Shown: one piece after another, positions 1 to 10,364 of the stretch | Layout: each line of letters opens with the position of its first letter | How positions within the stretch are numbered: the stretch's first letter is position 1 | Origin: Nitrospirota bacterium | GTDB taxonomy: Bacteria > Nitrospirota > Nitrospiria > 2-01-FULL-66-17 | Direction of reading: 5' to 3' | DNA: 64,000 bases | Assembly: GCA_049325335.1 (NCBI GenBank) | Contig: JBMOMC010000001.1 | Coordinates: 352,001 to 416,000, forward strand | The notes under the pieces: generated by a model | Told to the model about the DNA's origin: nothing | What the model saw: the letters and a program-made list of their open reading frames with translations, nothing else | Database searches by the model: none | Program-made: the position numbers and the translations under genes

Positions 1-1260
1 ATCGTCTCGGTCCTGATGCTCAAGGAAGGCTGGGACGTGCGTAATGTGGCAACCGTCGTCGGCCTGCGCGCGTACTCTGCCCAGAGTAACATCCTCCCCG
101 AGCAGACCCTGGGTCGCGGTCTGCGCCGCATGTATTTCGGTTCGGACATTCCGGAGACCGTGTCGGTCATGGGCACGCCGGCCTTTATGGAGTTTGTCGA
201 ATCCATTCAGAGCGAGGGCGTCACATTCGAACGGGTGCCGATGGGGCCCGGCTCCGAACGCAAGGAGTCGCTCGTGGTCGAGGTGGATACCCGAAACGCC
301 GACAAGAATCTCGACACGCTCGACATTGCGATCCCGAAACTGACCCGGCGCTTCGACCGGGCATACAAGAACCTCGATGCCCTCGACCCGGAGACATTTG
401 GCAATCCCAAACTCCCGCTCAAACCGTTCACGCCGGAGCAAACGCGTGAGATTGTCTTCAAAACCATGCTGGATGCCGAAGTACACCATACGATTTTGCT
501 CGACGGTGCCGGCCCCGCGGACTACCGTTCCGTCGTCGCGTTCTTTGCTCGCCAATTGTTGAAGGACTTGCGCCTGGTTGGCGGTTACGAGTTGTTGTAT
601 CCAAAGGTGAGGGACTTCATGGCCGGGTATTTGTTCGCCGACTCGCCGGTCACGCTCGAAGACCCGGTGGTGCTCCGCAATCTTTCCGAGCCCGAGGCCG
701 GAAAGATTTTGTTCGACTCGTTCAAAAAGGCCATCAACGCGCTCACCGTCCAGGAGGCCGGCACATCCCGGATCGAAGACCGCATTCGTCTCCGCGACAC
801 GCGGCCCTTTCGGACCGAGAACCGGCCCTACCTCGCGCCGAGGAAATCGGTCTTCAGCAAGATCGTCGGCGAGGCCCACGCCGGGGGCTTCGAGCTGACG
901 TTCGCCGGATTTCTCGACGCGGCGCCCGATGTCGCAGCCTTCGGGAAGAACTACGACCTCGTCGGCTTCAAGATCGACTACGTAAAAGCCGACGGCGACC
1001 TCTCCACCTACACGCCCGACTTCCTGCTGAAAACCGTCGACGGCACGGTTTGGATTGTCGAGACTAAAGGCCGCGAGGAACTCGACTTGCCGCAAAAGAT
1101 GGCCCGCTTGCGCCAGTGGTGCGAGGATGCAACCCGCGCAAGCCAATCCGAGGGCGGGCCAGCATACCGGTTTGTATACGTGGACCAGGAAGGCTACGAG
1201 CGCAACCCGCCGCGCACCTTTGCCTCGCTGGTCGCCGGTTTCACTGAATACCAGACCTAG
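1..1260 (+). CDS. res: Type III restriction enzyme Res subunit, C-terminal part (5' truncated by window edge)
   Basis: Frame is open from base 1. SF2 helicase motifs LKEGWDVRNV and EQTLGRGLR, then C-terminal PD-(D/E)xK nuclease YTPDFLL...IVETKG. Linked to a mod-type MTase. Confidence 0.85.
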   Translation: MVSVLMLKEGWDVRNVATVVGLRAYSAQSNILPEQTLGRGLRRMYFGSDIPETVSVMGTPAFMEFVESIQSEGVTFERVPMGPGSERKESLVVEVDTRNADKNLDTLDIAIPKLTRRFDRAYKNLDALDPETFGNPKLPLKPFTPEQTREIVFKTMLDAEVHHTILLDGAGPADYRSVVAFFARQLLKDLRLVGGYELLYPKVRDFMAGYLFADSPVTLEDPVVLRNLSEPEAGKILFDSFKKAINALTVQEAGTSRIEDRIRLRDTRPFRTENRPYLAPRKSVFSKIVGEAHAGGFELTFAGFLDAAPDVAAFGKNYDLVGFKIDYVKADGDLSTYTPDFLLKTVDGTVWIVETKGREELDLPQKMARLRQWCEDATRASQSEGGPAYRFVYVDQEGYERNPPRTFASLVAGFTEYQT

Positions 1261-1262
1261 AG

Positions 1263-2903
1263 ATGCTGACCGCCCATGACGAGATTGCCCGCTTATTGAC
1301 CGAGCCGGAAGGGGAACGGCTCGAATTCAAATCGGCATCCGGTAATTTTCACTTCGAAAAGCTGGTGGACTACTGCGTGGCCCTTGCCAACGAAGGCGGG
1401 GGAAAGATCGTATTCGGCGTAACGGATCGCCGGCCTCGCGAAGTCGTCGGAACCGCGGCGTTTGCGGAGCCCGGCCGTACCGAAGCCGGTCTATACGAAA
1501 GACTCGGCCACCGAGTGCGTCTCGAAGAAACACGGTATGACGGCAAGCGCATTCTGATCGCGCATATTCCAAGCCGGTTGCCGGGAACGGCCTGGGAGCA
1601 CGAGGGACGTTATCTCCGCCGGGCCGGCGACGATATTGTCTCGATTCCTCCAAACGAACTGCGTGCCATCTTCGCGGAGGCGGGACCTGACTACACGGCC
1701 GAACCCAGTGCAGCCGTGCTATCCGATCTGTCGCTCGAAGCGCTTTCGGAATACCGACGGCGCTGGTCCAGGAAGGCCGCAAACCCGCGCATCATGGACT
1801 GGAATGATGCTGAACTGCTGACCAATGCCGAACTGTTGGTGGAGGGACGCCTGACCAATACCGCTCTCATCCTGTTCGGAACACAGCAAGCGCTCGGCCG
1901 GTATCTGCCGCAGGCGGAAGTCATCTTCGAGTACCGGTCATCGGAGGCCTCCGGACCCGCGCAGGATCGCGCCGAATTCCGGGAAGGCTTCTTCCTCTTT
2001 CACGACACGATCTGGCAGCGCATCAATCTCCGCAACGACCGGCAAAGCTATCAGGACGGCTTGTTCCGGTACGACATCCCCACCTTCGACGAAACCTCGA
2101 TCCGCGAGGCGCTGCTGAATGCGGTTGCCCATCGCGATTACCGGTTGGGCGGCTCGATCTTCGTGCGCCAGTATGCTCGTCGGCTGGAAATGGTCAGCCC
2201 CGGCGGCTTCCCGCCCGGCATCTCGGCTGAGAATATCCTGGACCAGCAAAATCCTCGCAACCGCCGACTGTCAGAAGCTCTGGGGCGCTGCGGTCTGATA
2301 GAGCGTTCGGGTCAGGGCATGAATTTGATGTTCGAGGCGGCGATCCGTCATAGCAAACCGCTGCCCGATTTTACCGGTTCGTCATCCCATGAGGTCCGCC
2401 TGACGTTGAAGGGTACGGTACAGGATGCCGCCTTCATCCGGTTTCTGGAACGGGTGGGCGAGGAGCGTCTGCGGGCTTTTTCCACGCACGATTTTCTGAT
2501 CCTCGATGCACTACGACGCGAACAGCCATTGACAGGCGCACAAAAAACGAGAATCCCCGCCCTGATTGATGCCGGTGTTGTGGAGTCGCACGGCCGCGGC
2601 CGCGGCGTGCGCTACTTGCTGTCGCGGGGCCTGTATGCCGCACTTGGCAAACGAGGCGCCTACACGCGCAAGCGGGGACTGGATCATGACACGAATAAGG
2701 AATTGCTCCTCAAACATATCCGCGAAAACCATACGGATGGCAGTCCCTTGCGGGATCTTACGCAGGTGCTTCCCGCCCTCTCCAGCTCAAAAATTCAGGC
2801 GTTGCTCCACGAATTGCGCCATGAAGGGCGCATCCAGGTTCGCAGCACGAGACGGTGGGCTCGCTGGCATTTGGCCTCACCCAAAGCGGCAAACCCGGGA
2901 TGA
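1263..2903 (+). CDS. Schlafen/AlbA_2 domain + HATPase_c_4 (RecG C-terminal-like) + winged-helix protein
   Basis: N-terminal EGERLEFKS...ALANEGGGKIVFGVTD; central IREALLNAVAHRDY, SPGGFP, PRNRRL, IERSGQGM; C-terminal wHTH-like segments. Starts 2 nt after the res stop. Confidence 0.85.
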   Translation: MLTAHDEIARLLTEPEGERLEFKSASGNFHFEKLVDYCVALANEGGGKIVFGVTDRRPREVVGTAAFAEPGRTEAGLYERLGHRVRLEETRYDGKRILIAHIPSRLPGTAWEHEGRYLRRAGDDIVSIPPNELRAIFAEAGPDYTAEPSAAVLSDLSLEALSEYRRRWSRKAANPRIMDWNDAELLTNAELLVEGRLTNTALILFGTQQALGRYLPQAEVIFEYRSSEASGPAQDRAEFREGFFLFHDTIWQRINLRNDRQSYQDGLFRYDIPTFDETSIREALLNAVAHRDYRLGGSIFVRQYARRLEMVSPGGFPPGISAENILDQQNPRNRRLSEALGRCGLIERSGQGMNLMFEAAIRHSKPLPDFTGSSSHEVRLTLKGTVQDAAFIRFLERVGEERLRAFSTHDFLILDALRREQPLTGAQKTRIPALIDAGVVESHGRGRGVRYLLSRGLYAALGKRGAYTRKRGLDHDTNKELLLKHIRENHTDGSPLRDLTQVLPALSSSKIQALLHELRHEGRIQVRSTRRWARWHLASPKAANPG

Positions 2904-3008
2904 ACTCTTTAGAAAATAAAGGAACACAAAGAAAACAATATGTTATATAGCAGAAACACTAGGCAGTTCATTCAAGACCGACTCTTTAGCGACGGACCGT
3001 ACTGACCG

Positions 3009-5352
3009 ATGCCCCGACCGCCCAAACAGTCCTACGACCTCTCGGACGCCGAGAAGCGCGACCTGATCCAGCTCATCCAGCAGGGCAAGTCGCTGCCGGA
3101 GAAATACCGCTTCCTCCTGTTCGAGGACAAGCGCGAGGTGGAGTTGGTGTGGAACGGCAAGACCCGCGAGGTCTGCACCACGGTGCTGCCGTTTCAGTCG
3201 TTGGAGCACGTGGACGAACCGCGTCAGGACGCGCCAGAAGACCCGCAGCTTGGCTTGTTTGATACGCGCGGCCGCCAGATCAAGGGCTGGACCAATAAAC
3301 TCATCTGGGGCGACAACAAACTGATCCTCTCCTCGCTCAAGAGCGGCGCCCTGCGCCGGCAGATCGAAGACGCGGGCGGTTTGAAGCTCATTTACATCGA
3401 CCCGCCGTTCGACGTGGGCGCCGACTTTTCCATGGACATCGAAATCGGCGGCGAAACCTTCCATAAGGAGCCGAACCTGCTGGAACAGATCGCCTACCGC
3501 GACACCTGGGGGCGCGGGGCTGACAGTTTTATTTCGATGATCTATGAGCGGCTGATCCTGATGCGTGATCTGCTCCACGAGGAAGGGAGTGTCTATGTTC
3601 ACATCGGCTCAAGAGTCAGCCACCTCGTAAGGCAGGCAGCCGAAGACATATTTGGCAGAGAAAACAGTCGCGCAGAACTAATCTGGAAACGCACGTCGGC
3701 CCACGCAAACGTTACAAATAACTACGGCGCTGTTCATGACACGGTGCTCTTTCTCACGAAGGGCGATCGATGGACGTGGAATCAGCAACACGCTGATTAC
3801 GACAAAGCATACGTGGACCTTTTCTTTGACCAAGTAGACGAGACCGGTCGTCGATACGCGCGTCGCGATCTCACGGCATCCATGACGCGGGCGTCAAGTG
3901 GCCAGATTTACACTTGGAAAGGAATTACCCCTACCGGTAGCCGGTGCTGGGCGATGACAAAAGAGAAAATGGATGAGCTTGATGCGCAGGGACGCATTCA
4001 TTGGCCAGCGAATAAGGGAGGAATGCCACGGCTCAAATTCTATGCCGATGAAGCGTCCGGCGTCCCGCTTCAAGACATTTGGTGATGATGTCGGCGCAAT
4101 GCACAATCTCTCCAGTGAGCGTCTCGCTTACCCGACGCAGAAGCCCGAATCGTTCGTTGAACGGTTCATTCGCACATCATCGAATGAAGATGATTTGGTA
4201 GCCGATTTCTTCTGCGGCTCAGGCACCACGGCGGCGGTCGCGGAGAAGCTCGGGCGCAAGTGGATTTGCACCGACCTCGGTAAGTTCGCCATCCACACCA
4301 CGCGCAAGCGGTTAATTCAAATCCAGCGCGAGTTGAAGGAGACGGGCAAGCGGTTCCGCGCCTTCGAGGTGCTGAACCTCGGGCGCTATGAGCGTCAAGC
4401 CTATCTCAACGTCGGCGGCCGGCTCAGCGGCACGCAAAGGGAACAGGCGCTGGCGCAGAAAGAACGTGAGTTCCGCGAGTTGATCCTGCGCGCCTACCGT
4501 GCCCAGCCGCTGGAGGATGCGAGCTTTTTCCACGGCAAGAACGCGGGTCGGCTGGTCGTGGTCGGCCCGATCAACCTGCCAGTGGGGCGGCTGTTCGTCG
4601 AAGAGATCATCACCGAATGCCGCAAGCGCGGCGCCTCGCGCGTGGACCTCCTCGCTTTCGAGTTCGAGATGGGGCTCTTCCCCGCGGTGCTGGAGGAGGC
4701 CAAGCAGAAGGGCATCGATCTCGTGCCGAAACAGATTCCTCCCGAGGTATTCGACAAACGGGCGGTCGAGAAAGGGCAGGTGGTGTTTTTCGACGTCAGC
4801 TTCATTGATGCCACGCCGCGCTACAACAAGAAAGACAAGTTCACGGTCCAGATCGAATTGACGGACTTCTCTGTTTACTACACCCAAGGCGCGGCCGAGG
4901 CCGCCGCCGCGAGCCTCAAAAACGGCAAGAGCGAAGTGGTCTGCGAACAGGGCCAGCTCATCAAGGTGAGCAAGGACAAAGAGGGCGTGGTCACGCGCGA
5001 CACGCTCACCAAACACTGGACCGACTGGGTGGACTACTGGGCCGTGGACTTCGACTACATGAGCCGCAAGGAAATCATCAAGGTACCGGTGGGCAGCGGC
5101 GTCGAAGGACACTTACCCGGCATAGAACCGCCGCAAGGCGAACTCGCATTGCCCGAGTTCGAAGAACGCTGGACCGGAAGCTACATCTTCGAAAACGAAT
5201 GGCAAAGCTTCCGAACCCGCAAGGACCGCACGCTGGAACTGACCTCCGCGCCGCACACCTATCCCAGTGCCGGCCGCTACACCGTAGCCGTGAAAGTGAT
5301 CGACATCTTCGGCAACGACACCATGGTGCTCGTGCCGGTGAACGTGGGGTAA
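3009..5352 (+). pseudogene. mod: Type III-like site-specific DNA methyltransferase (Mod, beta class), frameshifted at about 4083
   Basis: ORF 3009-4085 carries IYIDPPF (motif IV). The other frame, ending at 5352, carries YPTQKPE and DFFCGSGTT (motif I). Removing T4083 from CAA GAC ATT TGG T GAT GAT GTC restores the expected QDIWDDV. Confidence 0.85.
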
Positions 5353-5365
5353 GCTTCGCCCTCCG

Positions 5366-5397
5366 GGATCATATTGCCGACACTGGCAATATGATCC
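5366..5397. repeat. Perfect 13-bp inverted repeat between convergent mod and galT (terminator- or REP-like)
   Basis: GGATCATATTGCC-gacact-GGCAATATGATCC; no U-tract on either side. Confidence 0.6.
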
Positions 5398-5413
5398 GGA
5401 TCGCGTCAATCGC

Positions 5414-6415
5414 CTACAGATCCACCTCCCGCAAGAACTTCGCGGTTTCCTCGGGCGGGGTCGGATTGATGTAAAAACCTGATCCGCGTTCGAATCCCGC
5501 CAGCTCGGTGAGTTTGGGCATGATCTCGAAGTGCCAGTGGTGGTAGTCGTCGGTTTTGTCGCGCAAGGGCGCGGTGTGGAGGATGAAGTTGTAGGGCGGC
5601 GAGTCCAGCGCCCGATCCAGACGGCGCAACACTTCGGAAAAGATCCGCGCGAGCGATTCCACGTGGGACTTTTGCGCTTCTTCGAAGTTGGACGCATGCG
5701 TCTTGGGCAGGACCCAGACTTCAAACGGAAACCGCGGCGCAAACGGGGCCAGACAGACGAAGTCGCCGTTCTCGCACACGATCCGGCTGCCGTCGGTCAT
5801 CTCTTGCTTGAGGATGTCGCAGTAGATGCACCGCTCCTTTTCCGCGAAGTGTTCCTTGGCGCCGTGTAACTCCTCCAGCACGTGGCTCGGAATGATAGGC
5901 AAGGCGATCAACTGGGAATGCGTGTGCTCGAGCGACGCCCCGGCTTCGGCGCCGTGGTTTTTAAAGATCAGGATGTACCGAAACCGAGGGTCTTTGCGCA
6001 GGTCGAGGATCCGATCGCGGTACGCCCAGAAGATGTCCTCGAGCGATTTTTCCGGCATGGTGGAAAACATCGCCTTATGATCCGGCGTTTCGATGATGAC
6101 CTCGTGGGCGCCGATACCGTTCATCTTGTCGAACATGCCCACGCCTTCGCGATTGAGTTTGCCCTCGATTTGCAACGCCGGGAATTTGTTGGGCACCACC
6201 CGCAGGGTCCACCCCGGCGTGTTGGCGCGACCGGAGTCGGCGCGGTACGCCAGCACTTCGGACGGCGTGAGCTGTTCGTTGCCCGGACAAAAGGGGCAGA
6301 GCGAGCCCCGCCCGGGCACTTCTCGGCTGATCTTGAAGTCCGACGGCCGTTTCCACCGCTCGGTGGAAATGATCACCCACCGTTCCACAATCGGGTCTTT
6401 GCGTAGTTCAGGCAT
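5414..6415 (-). CDS. galT: Galactose-1-phosphate uridylyltransferase family (GalT/ADP-glucose phosphorylase-like)
   Basis: MPELRKDPI, CPFCPGNE, VVPNKFPAL, GASLEHTHSQ (HxH catalytic), YHHWHFEIMP. Confidence 0.9.
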   Translation of the reverse strand: MPELRKDPIVERWVIISTERWKRPSDFKISREVPGRGSLCPFCPGNEQLTPSEVLAYRADSGRANTPGWTLRVVPNKFPALQIEGKLNREGVGMFDKMNGIGAHEVIIETPDHKAMFSTMPEKSLEDIFWAYRDRILDLRKDPRFRYILIFKNHGAEAGASLEHTHSQLIALPIIPSHVLEELHGAKEHFAEKERCIYCDILKQEMTDGSRIVCENGDFVCLAPFAPRFPFEVWVLPKTHASNFEEAQKSHVESLARIFSEVLRRLDRALDSPPYNFILHTAPLRDKTDDYHHWHFEIMPKLTELAGFERGSGFYINPTPPEETAKFLREVDL

Positions 6416-6433
6416 TGCGATGCATCCTTTCGG

Positions 6434-8593
6434 TTACACGCTCCACATCCGCGATTCAAAATCCCGTCCCGGAACCACGAACGAACACGGCCGGTCGGGC
6501 GGATACCGCCCCAGCTCCACGCCACCTTCCCAGACTTCCACGAAAAACTCGATCCGTTCGCCTTCTTTGACATCGAGGTCGGCGAACGGGACCGCCACTT
6601 CCACCACCCGGTCGATCGCCACACGCGACGCGGTCGGCACCGTTATAGTATCCGCTCCGTCGCCCCGTGTCAGGGTACAGGCGCCGTCGCGCCGGCAAAG
6701 CGGAAACGCGAGGCTCAGCGGCCGCGGGGCGACCACGTGGCACCGCCCGGCGAACGTACCGGGGGACGACCTGAGCACGCCCGGCGACACGTCCAGCCGC
6801 AGGTACAAGTTCTCCAGGTCGAATCCGAAGAAAAACGCGGACGCGTACGCCACCGGGCAGTACATCTGCCCCGCGTCGCTGCGCACCATGTACCGGCTCG
6901 CCGAGGACCATTCGTAAAACGAGGTCGCCCGGCCGTCGATCGTCGGGTGCATGAGCCCCACCGGTTCGCACATCCGCTCCTGATCACGTTCGATCTTGAT
7001 GGCTTGTCGCAACGCGGGCGGGACCGGCTGATTGAGGAGTTCGTATACCCGGGCGAGGTGCAGGCGAAAAATTCGGTCAAATTCCGGCGACAACATACTG
7101 GAAAATTCGTCGCCGTACCACCAGAACCAATCGCTGCCCTCGGCCGCGTACAACGCGTCCCACGCGTCCTGCAGGGCGCCGGCAGTCGCGTGGCTGGCGC
7201 GGGCCGCCAAAAAGTTTCGCGTCCGACGCAACACCGTCCACGCCTGGTTGTCCTCCGGATGCCCGATCCAAATCCGAAAGTTCTGGTTGATCCACGACCC
7301 GGAGTGCAGGTGCGTCAGCTCCGCGACGTCCGATGCTTCCCGGATCGCTTCCCCGACGGTGGCCGACCGGACGTCGCGCGCCTCCGCCAATCGGCGGTAC
7401 ACCGCGGACAAAAACCCTTCGCCCCCGTCCGGATACGCTTCCCAGGGATTTTCCCCGTCCAACATGACCGCCACCACCGGCTGGGACGACGCATCGCGCG
7501 CCGCAACAGCGCGGACCCGCGCGCAAAAGTCCTCGGCGGCCGCGTGGGGCGCGTTGTGCGCGTAGGTAAACCCGATCAGATCCGACAGCGTGCGGTCGCG
7601 AAACACGACGTGCACCGACGCGCCGTCCACCGTGACCCGATACGGCGCGTGGGGCGCGGCCGGCGATCCCCGCGCCACGCTCGAGCGCGCCAACACGCCT
7701 TCGTCGCTGGCCATCCACCGGATGCCGTGGCGCGCGGCAAGGGGCACGACTTCGGGCGACACCGACCCCTCGGGCGGCCACAACCCCTCGGGACGGCGGC
7801 CGAACACGCGTTGGTGATGGTCCACGGCGCGCGCCAGTTGCGCTTCCGCGTCCTCCGGCGCGGCGAACCGCTCCGGCAACTTCGCGTCCGGCGCAGCCCG
7901 CCGGGCGGATTCGCTGTCGATCAACAACGGCAAGATCGGATGATAATACGGGCTAGTGGTCAACTCCGCCGTCCCGGCGTCCGCCAAGGCACGGTACCGC
8001 GGGATGAGTTCGCGCAGCACCGCGGCCTGCGTGTCCACGACCACGCGTTTGTCCGCCTCGCTGAAGCGCTCGCCCTTGGTCCGCAACTGGTCGATGACCG
8101 GATACCGCTGCCGCGCCGCATACCCGAACCATGCCAGATTGAACCACATCTGGAGATCGAGCAGTTCCTGCGTGGAAAATCGGCGCGCCACCGACGGCCA
8201 CTCCTCCGATTCCACCGCGACCCCGCGCTTGAGCAGCAGGCTCCAGTATCGCGGCGCGGGCCGGATCATGGATTCCCAATGCGCCATAAAAAAGTGCTGC
8301 AACACGAACACGCGATCGTCGGGTTCAAGATCCGCGGCCGGGCGACTCGTCACCTCGAGAAAACGATCCTGCACGCGTTCCTCGACCAGGTCCTGGATCT
8401 GGGCGATCAGGGACGGCACCAGGTTGAAGGTCTGACGCACGTCCGCGAATCGCTCGGCCAACACCGCCATGTCGTAGTACGCCTTGGTGCCGTGCAGCCG
8501 CACCCACGGTAATCGGACGCACTGGGTCTGGCGATCAAGGTAGGACGGCTGGTGCATGTGCCAGAGAAACGCGACGATCGGCGGCCTGCTCAT
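6434..8593 (-). CDS. Glycoside hydrolase family 57 (amylopullulanase-like)
   Basis: WHMHQP, PYYHPILPL, GLWPPEG (nucleophile Glu), LDGENPWE (acid/base Asp), AEGSDWFWW. Confidence 0.9.
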   Translation of the reverse strand: MSRPPIVAFLWHMHQPSYLDRQTQCVRLPWVRLHGTKAYYDMAVLAERFADVRQTFNLVPSLIAQIQDLVEERVQDRFLEVTSRPAADLEPDDRVFVLQHFFMAHWESMIRPAPRYWSLLLKRGVAVESEEWPSVARRFSTQELLDLQMWFNLAWFGYAARQRYPVIDQLRTKGERFSEADKRVVVDTQAAVLRELIPRYRALADAGTAELTTSPYYHPILPLLIDSESARRAAPDAKLPERFAAPEDAEAQLARAVDHHQRVFGRRPEGLWPPEGSVSPEVVPLAARHGIRWMASDEGVLARSSVARGSPAAPHAPYRVTVDGASVHVVFRDRTLSDLIGFTYAHNAPHAAAEDFCARVRAVAARDASSQPVVAVMLDGENPWEAYPDGGEGFLSAVYRRLAEARDVRSATVGEAIREASDVAELTHLHSGSWINQNFRIWIGHPEDNQAWTVLRRTRNFLAARASHATAGALQDAWDALYAAEGSDWFWWYGDEFSSMLSPEFDRIFRLHLARVYELLNQPVPPALRQAIKIERDQERMCEPVGLMHPTIDGRATSFYEWSSASRYMVRSDAGQMYCPVAYASAFFFGFDLENLYLRLDVSPGVLRSSPGTFAGRCHVVAPRPLSLAFPLCRRDGACTLTRGDGADTITVPTASRVAIDRVVEVAVPFADLDVKEGERIEFFVEVWEGGVELGRYPPDRPCSFVVPGRDFESRMWSV

Positions 8594-8754
8594 GGGGAAC
8601 GCCCTCGCGAGCGCCCGAGGATAACAAGCGGTGGGACCGAATTCAAGAACGTGGATTTCAGCCCGTTAATTCACTATAATCGCTGCGCGGCCTGTGCTGC
8701 GGCTCAGCCCGTGTGCGCCGACTCGACGCAAGACGCTCGGAAGGAGAGGGAGTG

Positions 8755-9636
8755 ATGGATCAGGGAACGTGGAAGGTCAAGGTCGGCTTCGCCGAAATGC
8801 TCAAGGGCGGCGTGATTATGGACGTGACGACGCCGGAGCAGGCGCGCATCGCGGAAGAAGCCGGCGCGGTCGCGGTCATGGCGCTCGAGCGCGTGCCCGC
8901 GGATATTCGCGCGCAGGGCGGCGTGGCGCGGATGGCCGATCCCAAGATCATCAAGGGGATCATGGCGGCGGTTACGATTCCGGTGATGGCCAAGTGTCGG
9001 ATCGGACACCTGGCCGAAGCCCAGATCCTCCAGCAGTTGGGCGTGGATTTTATCGACGAGAGCGAGGTGCTCACGCCCGCCGACGAACACTACCACGTGG
9101 CCAAACAGGCCTTCACCGTGCCGTTCGTGTGCGGGGCCCGCGACCTGGGCGAGGCACTGCGGCGCATCGGGGAAGGCGCGGCCATGATCCGCACCAAGGG
9201 AGAAGCCGGATCGGGCAACGTCGTGGAAGCGGTGCGGCACATCCGCCAGCTCACGGACCACATGCGCCGACTCACCGTGGCGCCGCCGGAAACCCTGATG
9301 GCCGAAGCCAAAACCCTGGGCGCGCCGTACGAACTCCTGACCGAGGTTGCCAAAACCGGCAAACTACCCGTGCCCAATTTCGCGGCGGGCGGGGTGGCCA
9401 CCCCGGCCGATGCCGCCCTGCTGCGCCTGTTGGGCGCCGAGGCCGTGTTCGTGGGCTCCGGCATTTTCAAATCCAGCGACCCCAAGGCCCGCGCGCGGGC
9501 TATCGTCGAGGCCACGACGTATTACGACCACCCCGAGGTGTTGGCACGCGTGTCTGAAGACCTTCCGGGCGCCATGGACGGCCTCGACATCCGCCGCCTC
9601 GACGAGAAAGAACTGCTCCAGAGCCGCGGATGGTAG
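8755..9636 (+). CDS. pdxS: Pyridoxal 5'-phosphate synthase, lyase subunit
   Basis: [40 protein letters not shown], ends RGW. Start set at ATG 8755 after GAGAGGGAG. Confidence 0.95.
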   Translation: MDQGTWKVKVGFAEMLKGGVIMDVTTPEQARIAEEAGAVAVMALERVPADIRAQGGVARMADPKIIKGIMAAVTIPVMAKCRIGHLAEAQILQQLGVDFIDESEVLTPADEHYHVAKQAFTVPFVCGARDLGEALRRIGEGAAMIRTKGEAGSGNVVEAVRHIRQLTDHMRRLTVAPPETLMAEAKTLGAPYELLTEVAKTGKLPVPNFAAGGVATPADAALLRLLGAEAVFVGSGIFKSSDPKARARAIVEATTYYDHPEVLARVSEDLPGAMDGLDIRRLDEKELLQSRGW

Positions 9637-10232
9637 CAGACTCGCCGCGCCGAATCGGCGTGCTCGCGTTGCAGGGCGACGTGGACCCGCATCGCGCGGT
9701 CCTGACCCGATTGGGCGTCCAGTCGTCGCCGGTCAGAGCACCGGCCGACCTGGACGGACTCGACGGCCTGATCCTCCCGGGCGGGGAAAGCACGGCGATC
9801 GGCCTGCTCCTGGTCGCGAGCGGGCTTGACCAAGCCATCCGCGATCACGTTGCGCGGCGCGGGCTTGCACTCTTCGGCACGTGCGCCGGGCTGATCCTGC
9901 TTGCGCGGACCATCAAAGAAACCCCGAATCAACCCCATTTGGCGCTGCTCAACGTCGTGGTGCAACGCAACGCGTTCGGCCGCCAGCAACAGAGTTGCGA
10001 AGCGCTGGTGGAGGCCCAGCGCCTCGGGCCGAACCCGGTCCGCGCCCTATTCATCCGCGCGCCGCTGATCACGGAAACCGGGCCCGAGGTTGACGTGCTG
10101 GGTCGGTGGAACAACCGCATCGTCTTGGTCCAACAAGGACCGATTCTGGCCGCAGCGTTCCACTCGGAATTGACCGACGACGACCGGGTGCACCGCTACT
10201 TTCTCGATCGCGCGCTTGCGACGCGCGCCTGA
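9630..10232 (+). CDS. pdxT: Pyridoxal 5'-phosphate synthase, glutaminase subunit
   Basis: [40 protein letters not shown]; overlaps the pdxS end. Confidence 0.95.
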   Translation: MVADSPRRIGVLALQGDVDPHRAVLTRLGVQSSPVRAPADLDGLDGLILPGGESTAIGLLLVASGLDQAIRDHVARRGLALFGTCAGLILLARTIKETPNQPHLALLNVVVQRNAFGRQQQSCEALVEAQRLGPNPVRALFIRAPLITETGPEVDVLGRWNNRIVLVQQGPILAAAFHSELTDDDRVHRYFLDRALATRA

Positions 10233-10294
10233 CGCGCGACTCCCCTCCTCGCCCTCACCGGCAGACAATACCTTTTCGGAATTACCTGGACCCA

Positions 10295-10324
10295 TTGACA
10301 GATTCTTTCGCCGTGTGGTACAAG
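10295..10324 (+). promoter_or_regulatory. Sigma70-like promoter upstream of the Fis-family gene
   Basis: TTGACA-N18-TACAAG with a TG extension. Confidence 0.45.
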
Positions 10325-10364
10325 CTGGCCTTCTTTTTCGGATCGGCTGCGTTCGTTGCTCCCT

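Noticed and set aside
4060..4100. Programmed +1 frameshift or SSR phase variation in mod
   Set aside because: No slippery codon with good re-pairing, no properly spaced internal SD, and no long repeat tract; a plain insertion or error is simpler.
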